DNA of 64,000 bases, from the NCBI GenBank assembly GCA_907165135.1, contig OU015566.1, positions 4,836,001 to 4,900,000 of the forward strand. The letters run 5' to 3'. Of the stretch, positions 9,930-20,004 are shown piece after piece. Position numbers and translations under genes: made by a program. The notes beneath the pieces were generated by a model. It was given only the letters and a program-made list of their open reading frames with translations, was not told the origin of the DNA and did no database searches. The stretch is from Oikopleura dioica. Its lineage: Eukaryota > Animalia > Chordata. How positions within the stretch are numbered: position 1 is the stretch's first letter; the number at the start of each line of letters is the position of its first letter.

Positions 9930-10442
9930 ATGAACAAGAGAAAGATTTACCCGAAAAACAGCCACTGGAACTCCCAAGTCACCAGTTCCAGAACTGATAA
10001 GGTATGGGGAAATTCCCCCAACGAACACTCTTGGAAATCAGAGAGTTGGGAAAAATGGGGAGATAGTGAGTGGAAGAAAGAAGATCAATTGGAACCAAAA
10101 GACACTCAACGATTTAAAAACATGCAATGGCAAATATTGCATGAAGAAGGCGATGCAATCGAAAGCGGCACAGTATTAGCGAAGGCAAATGCTGGAAAAC
10201 AACTGGAAGCACAACTCATCGCCACTTCTAGAACAAGAATCGAACAGCTAATTATTACATCGGACAATATCACGTACAAACACGACGAGAAAGATTATGT
10301 TATAATGGATTTGAAGAAGCGAATCGAGGAACTCACATCACAATTAGAGAATCAGCATATCGGCACACCTTGTGTCAGCTCGATTAACACACCAGTACAA
10401 GCACAACCAATACAACCACAACCACGAAGCTACAACATCTAA
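9930..10442 (+). CDS. Putative accessory ORF of the element, 170 aa from the ATG at 9930: Trp-rich N-terminus, coiled-coil C-terminus
   Basis: TATA-like run 9851-9863, TTTTTCAG acceptor 9909-9916, AATAAA at 10482; the track start at 9867 is a TTG. Confidence 0.65.
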   Translation: MNKRKIYPKNSHWNSQVTSSRTDKVWGNSPNEHSWKSESWEKWGDSEWKKEDQLEPKDTQRFKNMQWQILHEEGDAIESGTVLAKANAGKQLEAQLIATSRTRIEQLIITSDNITYKHDEKDYVIMDLKKRIEELTSQLENQHIGTPCVSSINTPVQAQPIQPQPRSYNI

Positions 10443-10790
10443 CGAGTCACAGCAAAAAGAAAACATCAAAAGAAAAAAGAAAATAAAAAAAGTATAAAAT
10501 TCATGAAAAAATCTAAGATAAAAATCTTTATAATCAATCAATGTAAAAATCAAAATCTACAAAAAACCGAAAAAACTACAAAAAAAAAAAAAAATTTTAT
10601 TCTACTATCGCTAAAAATTCTATGTACTGAAATGAAACTTGAAAACTGCGTGTACATATATTTACTCAGTCACTTATTACGCTACTAAAATGATGCAACA
10701 GCAGAAGCGAAGAAATGTATTGAAGAAATGAAGCAAAGAAGTAATGTTAAATACCACCCCTTCCTTCAGTTAAATTATGCTCTCAAAATT

Positions 10791-10807
10791 AGACAGGAGG
10801 GGAGGGA
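10791..10807 (+). other. Polypurine tract
   Basis: AGACAGGAGGGGAGGGA directly before the 3' LTR. Confidence 0.85.
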
Positions 10808-11080
10808 TACAGTAGTGTCCCAACTCTGATCTATTCTAGACTGTAACCAAGACAACATCTTACTGAATAACACATAGCAACCACCACTCTATATAAGACT
10901 CTGCCAACCATCTAACGCTGTCAGTCAGTTATACAGTCATTCAATTACTATATACAAACTGTCCACTTACACACAAGCAAATACAACAATAGAACCGGAA
11001 ACAGTCAGTTGATCCCTTTTTACAGACCCAAGCAGCTCAGGCATCATCCAGACAGAACATTAAGAGAAGGACACTATCTA
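10808..11080 (+). repeat. 3' LTR, about 273 bp, with TATA box TATATAA at 10890-10896
   Basis: Starts right after the PPT; imperfect terminal inverted repeat TACAGTAGTGTCC...GGACACTATCTA; identity with the 5' LTR ends at 11080/11081. Confidence 0.9.
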
Positions 11081-11099
11081 TGAAAAGAAGGAAATTTAC

Positions 11100-14000
11100 C
11101 GCATGAGTTCGTCTCAATCTCTCCGCCATGAGTTCGAGCGACATGGAGTCGAATCCTCTATTGGAGCAGTCGACCACTCGATCGACAGGGTCAAAGTCGC
11201 AAATCGGCTCATTTTCTGGTCGTGGAGGCTCAGTTGGTGGTTCAGTTGGTGGCTCGGTTGGTGGGCTTGTTGGCTCTTCGGGCTCTCCATAGATCTCGGA
11301 CAAATCGAGTCGATTCATGAGGTTATTGCAGTTGACCATTTTTCTGGTCTTGCCATCGAGTGGGAAGCCGTCGGCGATGAATGGCATGTCGGGAACTCTG
11401 TTCATCGTATCGCCGAGGGTGAGACACATGGTCGTGGCAAGGTCGATTTTTTTGACCTGGTCGAATTTGGCCTCGTCGTTCCAGAATTCTCGGTTTTCGT
11501 AGAACCATCGATCTAGAAAACAACCTTTTTCATCGCATGAAAGTTATTTTCTACCTTGAGTCTTGAGGGTTTTGAACTGCTTGCCAATGATGCACGCTCC
11601 AGTTGGTCCAATAGCAGCTCCATCGAGATGCTTTTCCATGAGGATACCGACGTAGAGATCGACTTCCCAATCTCGGTTTCGGTACTGGTCACGAACCAGG
11701 GCGTTCCACTCGGGTCTCATTCCCCTCCAGCCGCGGTACAAATCAGCGCATTCAGGATCTTCTTTGAACTCTAGAATTTAATTGATAAAAATTCAAAGGA
11801 TAAAGAGCGTTCTTACTTTTCAGGTACTTTTTGTGCGATTCCAATCCGTGATCTCGTCCTCTCGCAATATTAATCGCAAAAAGATCAATACCAAAGTCGA
11901 CTCCATGTGGCTTGAAAAGATTGTGAAGAACCGAATCACCAAAGGCAGGTCCAGTCGATAGGCCCTGAAGCGTAGCAGCACCTCGGCAAATGGCAGCTGG
12001 ACCTTGCTGGATGAGCACGTGGGGGTCGAAGAAGTTGTCCCGGATGTCGTCGGTGCTTTGGACTCGGTACTGGCCGTCTTTTGTAACGATGGTTTCTGGC
12101 TGCTGGGAGTGGCCGTATCTAGAAACGAAGAGAATGAAAGGGGGAAGAAAAGGCTCTAGTCACCGGAAAGCAGCAGTAGCGAATTCGTTGAAAATGACCG
12201 GCCCGGTTCGATCGTGATCTTGGTTGATTGGTCTGTTTGATGGTCTGAGCAGGGTTCGAAATCGGGCCGAAAAGTCGCTAGGCTAGGCTAGGCTAGGCAG
12301 AGCGAATTTAAAAAAAAGCTAGGCGAAAAAAGCTAGGCGAAATTTTTGTCACAGACTCTAGGCTAGGCTAGGCTAGGCGAATTCGCCTTAGGCGAATCTA
12401 GGCGAAAAAAGCGAAAACGCGATTCATATCAATTTTTTTAGGCGATTAGGCGAAAATTAGGCGAAAAGCGAAAATTAGGCGAAATTTTCGCCAGGATCTG
12501 CCTAGATTTCGCCTAGATCTGCCTAGATTTCGCCTAAATTCGCCTAATTTCTTCGCCTAGGCGAAATTCAAGGCGAATTTTCATTTTCGCCTTGTCGCCT
12601 AGCTTCGCCTAAGGCACCAGTATGAGACTAGGCTAGGCTAGGCTAGGCGAAATTTCAAGAGTCCTCGCCTAGCTAGGCAGCTAGGCGAATTCGCCTAGCC
12701 TAGCCTAGCCTAGCTTTTTAGGCGAATTCGCCTAGGCGATTTCGAACCCTGGGTCTGAGGGAACCATTGTCGAATTTGTCGAGGGAATTTCCAAAGAGCG
12801 CAGGGACCATTTCTTCGTAGACCATTTTTTGCATTATTGCAATGTTGAATTTTCGGGCTTCGTTGAAGACGAAGTCGGAATCGGACTGAAGGGATGGATC
12901 GGCATCGATGATTTCTTGGGCGAGGATGTTGTGGAGTCTTTTCTTTGGCTCAGAAATTTCGCTCTTTCGGACTTTTCCGTAATTTTTCTGGACCGTTCCT
13001 GTGGTACATGATATGCCAACTTCCAAGAATCGGGTTTTCAAGGACTCGATTATCGCCGGAAAACAGGGGATCATATCCCCGCTCGTTCAGGCCACTTGGA
13101 AGTCGGAACTTATCAGTGATAGGTTTGAAAGAGCCATCTTTCGCATTGATCTGCGCGATCGATGGGATGTAAATTCCATGAGTGTGGTCTTGAGTTTCCA
13201 GAAATGGTGATCCTGGAAGGCGGAGAGATCGAGCGTGAATTTCGGAGAAGCCGTAAATGTTTCCGGCTTGAATGGTTCCGGTTAGCTGGTTGATTTGCTC
13301 GGGGACCAGTTGTCCGTCTTTTTTAAGGCTTTTGATTTGTCGAGAAAGGATTAAGGGTCTCTCTCAGAGTTTTTTGAATAAAAAGCCCTTTCCTTGATCG
13401 CTAAGAGTGACAGCAGATCTAGTCACAAACATACAGGAGACGCCGGAAAAGACCGGATCAGAACCAGTCGACCACTTGAGACAATCGCTACTGTTCAGAG
13501 TACACCGACATCTTGTATCTTTGCTTCGATCAGGAGTTTGAAGAAGCGTGTGAGTGATGAACTGACCAGCGGTATTGAGAAAATGCGTCGTTTTGTCATT
13601 CGGACTTTGTGGGCACTTGCTTCGGAGATAGAGGGAAAGACCTCGCGGATTTGGAAGAGGTCTCTTGTCCGTGCCGCATTTTGGCGCTCCAGAGGCATCG
13701 CAGTAGGAAGCGGGGAGGAGTCGACCGTAGCCTTGGAGTGGCTGACCAGCGCCAGTTGGGTGGTTGCACTTTCCGTCGAAATCGGGGTATGGATTGTCTT
13801 TGCCAGGGATCAACATGAGCTTTCATGATAATTTTTGACCAATAAGGGACTTCTTTTGCCCTTTTTTTACAGATTGATAGAGTCGCTTACAGTCTGATTA
13901 GGCTAATTAATTTCTTATCAGCAAAAATACTCGACCCATGTCCTGACGCGCAGACAACTCGCTCGTTACTCGTTGAGTAGGGATCGGTTATGTTCTTCGC

Positions 14001-14450
14001 GATAGCAGCAATATCCGCAGCCGAAACAGAGCCACGCTCCCCTTCTAAGGAGCGCAACGTGTCCAGCGAAAACGACTCGACTTGGCGCAAACTCTTCGCG
14101 TACTGGTCCGTCAGGGGGGCAGTTCGGATCATGGAATGGGCATAGATGACGGTATTGAGGTCATCATCGGTCCGAGGTCGGTTACCTGAACATAGAACAT
14201 TGGAATTGATTTATTTATAAATTATTATAATAAAAATATTTATAAATTAATAATTAATTAATTATTTAAATAATTTATCAAATAATTAAAATTTATAATA
14301 TATAAAATTTATAAATTAATTATAAAATTAAAATAATTCCATTTTTATAAAATAAATTTATTAATTTTTGGAATAAATTGCATATTTTTTAAGGACAAAA
14401 AATATTTTCTTACCTAGGGCGGAAGCCAACAACGAAAAACTCAGTTTCAT
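11100..14450 (-). CDS. Secreted animal haem peroxidase, multi-exon; interrupted by an exonic MITE and by the LTR element; 3' exons would lie before the window
   Basis: Signal exon MKLSFSLLASAL; YPDFDGKCNH, RLLPASYCD, GQFITHT, EQINQLT, GDNRVLEN, EFATAAFRYGH, RGRDHG, DLYVG, DRWFYEN. Confidence 0.92.
12250..12751. mobile_element. hAT-type MITE, 502 bp, inside a peroxidase exon
   Basis: Perfect 15-bp TIR CAGGGTTCGAAATCG, 8-bp TSD GGTCTGAG (12242-12249 and 12752-12759), internal TAGGC/TAGGCGAA arrays. Confidence 0.93.
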
Positions 14451-14692
14451 TTTCTCCTTTTTTTTCTTCGACTTTCTTTCTCTGTATTAGAAAAAAATTG
14501 AAAGTCGCACTGTCTCAAGAATAGGCCCCGTTGATACTGACTTTCTCAGAAGGGAGATAAGAGTGCCCCGGGCGAAGCTAGTTTCATTTTTGCAGATGAT
14601 CTCAATTTCATTATTAAACGCCAACCTTTTAAAATTGTAAAATATTTTGATTTTTGAAGGCTTTTTATTTTTCAAGAGAGTTTTTCATGTTT

Positions 14693-15242
14693 TCAGTCCA
14701 TTTGCCGGATTTTCTGAAGTTTGTTCAAAACAATCGATAATTTTTCGGAAGAAGAAAAATCTGACTCTTCCACTTCCTCATCTTCTTCATCTTCTTGACC
14801 CCTCCCAGAAAAACGTTCTTCTTCTTCTTCGTCGTCAAAGAGCCTTGGTAAATAAAAGCTTGGAAAAGCTGGAAAGCTGGGCAAGATCGCTCGGTTCAAC
14901 TGTCCACAAGATCTGTTTATGTATCCCTGTTTGCAAAAGCATCTCGTTTCTCCAATCATAAGGCTTTTTGTTATTCTTCGGGACATAAAATGAGCTCCAG
15001 CGAGACAGTCCTCGCAGTCATTATCAGTGCACTAGAAATTTATAATGAAAATTTTTGTCCTCTCGAACTACCTTTTTGCGGCAATAATGAACCATTTTTC
15101 CCGAAAATTTTGACCTTTTTGCGACGCATTCAAGGTTTTCTCCCGTCGATTCACATGCTTTTATCATTTCTGGGTCCGTGCATTCTCTTGCTATTACTGT
15201 AACTGTCATCAAAATTGGAACAAAATACTTCAAAATGATCAT
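14693..15242 (-). CDS. Small secreted Cys-rich protein with an acidic C-terminal tail, about 169 aa, 2 exons
   Basis: Signal peptide, 40-nt GT-AG intron 15071-15032, open exon 2, AATAAA after the stop. Confidence 0.8.
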
Positions 15243-15424
15243 TTTTCTTTATTGTCTGTTTCTTCCTTTTTAGCCCTCGGAAAATCAGGGAAGTTGGTTT
15301 ATTTATTTTTCAAAGTCAAGTCTGGAGGTCAAGCCATCTTCTCAATCAGATCACTTCTATGATAACAAGTTGTTTTTGAGCTGAATTTTGCGATTAAAAG
15401 AAAATTTTGATTGTGAAATTTTAA

Positions 15425-15514
15425 GGGTATCACCAAGATGACCAACTTTTGCTAAAAATCGAATAATAGCAAATCAGGAAAGCACAAAAAAGGCCAAAAT
15501 CTATGTTGACACCC
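15425..15514. mobile_element. Short TTAA-flanked MITE (Kolobok-type termini)
   Basis: TTAA|GGGTATCACC...GTTGACACCC|TTAA; same TIR as 26114-26194. Confidence 0.65.
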
Positions 15515-15557
15515 TTAATTCAAAACGACTAAAAATGACAATTTTTTAAAAACAAAT

Positions 15558-16122
15558 TTATTGTTCGATCAACACTTCCAGCTTTGGCAAAAGATTTTCA
15601 AGTTCAGAACGTGGCTCGGTAAAAGTTTCATTCATTTCTTCGAAATCTTGATCTTCCGGCAGATTGTCGAAAAATTCGTCCCAGAACTCAGGCGACTCGA
15701 AAAAGCCATCAGAGCTATTCCTCGCTGCTGGCAGTGATCTATCCAAACTTTCGCACCTTTTTTCAATGTTCCCAATTCCACAACCGCATTTTAAGTCGCC
15801 AATTTGAAAGTCGTATCTTCCAATTTCTGAATCAATTTTTAACATTTTTCTTACATTTTTTTATACTTATAAAAACGAATTCTGATCCTGAGCCACATGT
15901 TTTGTGCTTTCTTCTGTTATACTAAATTAATCAAAATCTAGGTCTTTTTCAATAAATAAATACCTTATTGTAGCAAATATACTTGTACCCCTTCGAATAT
16001 CTTTTCGTTGATCTTTTGCATTTTCTGACATTTTCGAATGACTTGCATTTTCGTCTCATTTTTCTGTTGCATTTTCTCGAGAAAACAAGTGAAACAAAGA
16101 TTATGAAAATTCTTAGATCCAT
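15558..16122 (-). CDS. Small secreted Cys-rich protein with a cationic N-terminus and acidic tail, 3 exons; paralogue of 14693-15242
   Basis: MDLRIFIIFVSLVFS signal; shared Cys spacing and IG..xCxC..GxI...C..LxR motif; same first intron position. Confidence 0.75.
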
Positions 16123-16214
16123 TTTCTGACCTTGATAAGAAGAATTTCAGAACGGAAACCCGCGGGAGGAGTTTATTTATTCATCAGATTCTCAGTTCCT
16201 ATTTGGGGAGATTA

Positions 16215-17149
16215 CAGTGAAACCCCAACTTAAGGCCACTTTTTGGATGACAGCTAATTTGAAAAGTGGCCTTAAGGGATCACCCCCCGATTTTTCAAAC
16301 CTTTGGCACCGGTCATTATCGCCTATGATTAGATTCCTCGTTTTCTGAGGATCATTTTGATATATGATAGTACCCCTTTACATAAATGCATCCCCGAAAT
16401 TTTAGTTCCCAAAGTTCGGAAAAATGCATGTTAATTGTACTTAGCGTGAAAATCGCAATTTTTTTCGATTTTTCATTGTCATCGAAATAACACAAACAAG
16501 GGCTCTTTCGAAAGCTTAGAATGTGAAGATTACGAATATAATAACCGCACTAGAATTTTCGGCCAATTGTTGGCGCTAGAGAGCATTCTAACACCCAAAT
16601 AACGCCAAAAATGGTTTCAAAAAGTTTTACAACTAGAATTTTTTTATTCACTAATCCGATCATGCTGATTCTACCAAAAAATAAAGATTAGCGTCTATAC
16701 TTTTAGATAAACCAAAAAAATTTTGAATCACAGAGCCCAAAAAAAAGTAGATACGATTTGAAAATGACCTAAAATGGCCATTTTTCAAGATGTTAATCAC
16801 TTTGACGGCCTGTAATGCATAAGCGAATGTTATGCTAGCAAGCTGATTCTACCAGAATTTGCTCCTTTCGAAGCGGGCTTTCTAATGCGCCCAAAACCAG
16901 CTTCCTACGTAAGCTCAAAAAAAAAGTAGATAGAGGTCAAAGTTGGCGAAATTGGGGGGGGGGATCCCTTAAGTTGGGTGATTCTCCGACTTAGTTGGAT
17001 GACGCTAAAATTTTTCTATTTCTGGAGTAAGGGACTGAATCATGGGAATCAAAAATGAAAGGTGGCCTCCAATTTTTCGGATGACAGATTTCGGGGATTT
17101 TTCAGAAAAGTGGCCTTAAGTTGCTCGGCCTTAAGTTGGGGTTTCAGTG
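16215..17149. mobile_element. Tc1/mariner-type MITE with a TA target, containing a nested element
   Basis: TA|CAGTGAAACCCCAACTTAAGGCC ... GGCCTTAAGTTGGGGTTTCAGTG|TA. Confidence 0.8.
16276..16968. mobile_element. Nested TTAA-target (Kolobok-type) non-autonomous element
   Basis: TTAA|GGGATCACCCCCC...GGGGGATCCC|TTAA; related ends recur at about 56236-56922. Confidence 0.75.
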
Positions 17150-17344
17150 TAATTGAGCCTTGGAACAAGGAGAAACCAGAAATGAAATATTTTGACAAAA
17201 AATTTCGAGAAAAATCATTCTATAAAAAAAGTTTCAATAAAAAAGACTTAAAAATTAATAAAAAAAAGAATCTTTCTCCGTGCTCTGAGAAAACATCATC
17301 TGTCGATTTCCATCTCATTTTCGCGGTCATTTAATCAATCAAAA

Positions 17345-18260
17345 ATGAGAGGCTTCGTTTTTCTGCTGATTTCTAAAGCATTTTCGTTGCGGTTTTCGCT
17401 GCATGAAGAGCTGATTGCTTCTTCGACTCCGGTTGGAGACGAAACGATCGAGTGCTACACTTGTGAGTTTGTCTACAATGCGACAGACGGAACTCCTTTC
17501 ATTGGCGACCAGCGATGCAGAGATAATATCAAAGACCTCCCCAACAATTCTCGTTAGAAATCCCATCCCCCTCCCATTTCTTCATCCCTTTTTTTCAGAG
17601 ACCTTTCCGGCCAAAATCCAAACAAATGATGGATTCACCGCGAATGTCGTCTGCGCCACCTTCAACCTGACTTTCCACCAAAGCGTCGAAATCCGAGACA
17701 ACAACTCCGATCTCAAAGAAGTCCAGTATCTTGGGATTTTCGAACGAACCACATTCTTGCAATACGTCGGCAGCACATTGGAAGGATATGAAGGGACACT
17801 GAAGATGTACGAGCACGAGTACGGGTGTGGAAGAAATACAAGCACTTGTTCGGGAAGTTATGATCCCTTCCCTCGACCGGAATTCAAAGAAAGGAGAGAG
17901 CCATGTGGAAATTGCGCCTACGAAAACGTCCTCCGAAAATCTGACGGAAATCGAATTACTGTAAACGGCAATGTCGACTGCTCCGTCAAGCCAACTCCAC
18001 CCGATCAACCGGTTTGTCTCCCAATCTCTCCTTTTTCTTTCTCTTTCTAGAGCTGCGATGGCGAACAAAAAGATCAGTCCGGAATTTGCGTGATTGTTTC
18101 CCTTGGAGTCGGGGACGAACCCGTGGCGAATCCTGACCAGCATCTGCTCGCGAGAATTTGCGATGCTAAGGCGAACTTTTTAGACTGGGGCTTTACCAAC
18201 GCTTATATTGATACCGAAAATGGCATGTCTGTCTGTGCAACTTCGAAATGCAATAAGTAA
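17345..18260 (+). CDS. Secreted Cys-rich protein, Ly6/uPAR (three-finger)-like, 3 exons
   Basis: Signal peptide, IECYTC start and CATSKCNK end; short GT-AG introns. Confidence 0.65.
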
Positions 18261-18533
18261 AATCTTCTCGAATCGCGTTCTCTTCGTTTTTATGACAAAT
18301 ATAAAGAATCGAAAAAGACCATTAATGATAGTCCATCATTATAAACTATCCTCAGCGATGAAAAAAAAGCATGACGAGCAGTGAGTAATAAAACGCGCTC
18401 GACCTATTCAGACTGACTCTGAATGATAGTAATCAATAGTTATAAAAGACGCGCGCACAATTTGCCCCCAGCCAGTCTCATTTGTCGTTAAAACTTTTCG
18501 AGAGGAAAAATTCAGGAAAATCACTTCGAGAAA

Positions 18534-19401
18534 ATGAGCGCGCCTTATCCCACTCAGAATAACACAGGTCAGTTAAGAACTTATGTTGGTCTTTTAACTC
18601 CTTTAGGGAGAAATTCATATGGAGTAAATTCATCAGATCTTCCTCCTATGGCCGGGGGAGGCTTCAATCCAAGTGCTCCTCCTCCTCCCCAAAATCCTCA
18701 TTTTCAACAAAACCCTGGATATCCTTCCTACCCCCCACAGGGACCGCCCCAGAACTCGGGCTACCCTTCGTACCCCCCTCAAAATCAAGGGCACAATCCT
18801 TATCCCTCAGCTCAACCACAAAATTATGGCCATCAGGAACGATTGAAAACTAAAAGAAACTACAAACAAAACAATCATTTTTCAATCGAAATCAGCCAAA
18901 TCATTACCACCAAAATGAAAATCCTCATTTCCAGGGGCATCAGCATCACCAGGGTTACAACCAAGGGTATCCACAAGCACAAGAGCACAATGACACGAAG
19001 AAAAAGAAGAAAAACAAAGGCCTCTTGGGACAAGTTGAAGGTCTTGTTTCAGACGTCATCGGAGGAGGATCAAAGTCACATGGTTCCTACGGAGGACAGG
19101 GGCAATATTCTGGACAGGTAATTTAGAAATTCTTCAGATAGAAACGGGTTAATTTTATTCAGCAACATGGCCAGCAATATGGTCACGTGTCTCAAGGACA
19201 TCCACAGCAGCAAAAACAAAAGGTAAAAATAAAGTGGTGAAAATTTGTTTCAAAATATTCTAGGGCTCAATTCTCGACTCTGGAAAAGAAATGGCGATGT
19301 GGGCGCTTGAAGCAAAAATGATGCACGGAGGCATGGGAAAGAAGATGAAATATGACATGAAGAAAAACATGTTCAATGCTGTCACAAAAGGATTCAAATA
19401 A
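18534..19401 (+). CDS. Pro/Gln/Gly/His/Tyr-rich low-complexity protein, multi-exon
   Basis: GYPSYPPQ repeats and successive small exons ending in NAVTKGFK*. Confidence 0.7.
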
Positions 19402-20004
19402 AATCGATTCTTTGAAGCTAAAAACTCTTTTTTATAGCAGTCTTTCTTAAATAAAATGAATTATGAATTTCTTGGTAGAAAATAATTCTAGCATTTTTCC
19501 TTATAGTTCGAGTTTGTCGACATTTCATCATGATTGATGTGAACCCTAACGATCAGGCATCGAATATTCTAACCTTGCGTCAACTCGACTCGGGCAAACA
19601 CGTGACTGGCTCGTTCAAAGTAGCAGCGCCCCGAGCTGCTTGGTCAATAAAGTTGCTAAGGGCCCATTGGATCGACCAAAGCCACGTCAGGCTCATTTGA
19701 ACGGAGAAAACGAAAGAAAAAGGGGCGAGGAAAGAAAGACCGAGAATAATCGATAAGAATCTAACGACTTGCAACTGTCTTTTTTTCGTGAATACAAGAG
19801 AGTTTTTCTGGGCTAAGAAAGATTTGAAAATAAAAAGGTAAGTTCATTTTTTGAAAAAAATCTTCAAAAATCGTTAAAAAAATCAATAAATAATGTCCTT
19901 TAAATTTATTTCTTCTATAATTATCTGAACTATTGTTGAGAAAATTTTCATTGAATGGGTCGTTGTTGTCTTCAATCAACCTCATTGAATCCTTTCAGGC
20001 GAAG

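Larger units (their letters stand above)
1..11080 (+). mobile_element. Env-carrying Ty3/Gypsy LTR retrotransposon (Tor-like), about 11.2 kb; 5' LTR cut by the window edge
   Basis: Direct repeats 1-170 = 10911-11080, PBS-like TGG, gag, pol in PR-RT-RH-IN order, env, and a polypurine tract before the 3' LTR. Confidence 0.96.

Noticed and set aside
10835-10840. TCTAGA in the LTR as the Oikopleura male-germline core promoter motif
   Set aside because: A single 6-mer that occurs many times in the window; not distinguishable from chance.
12270-12740. TAGGC/CTAGG arrays as a CRISPR array or telomeric repeat
   Set aside because: No unique spacers and no cas genes in a eukaryotic context; the arrays lie inside a TIR- and TSD-bounded MITE.
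14205-14400. Extremely AT-rich tract as an origin or special element
   Set aside because: It lies within the first peroxidase intron, has no internal structure, and similar tracts occur elsewhere (32950-33080).
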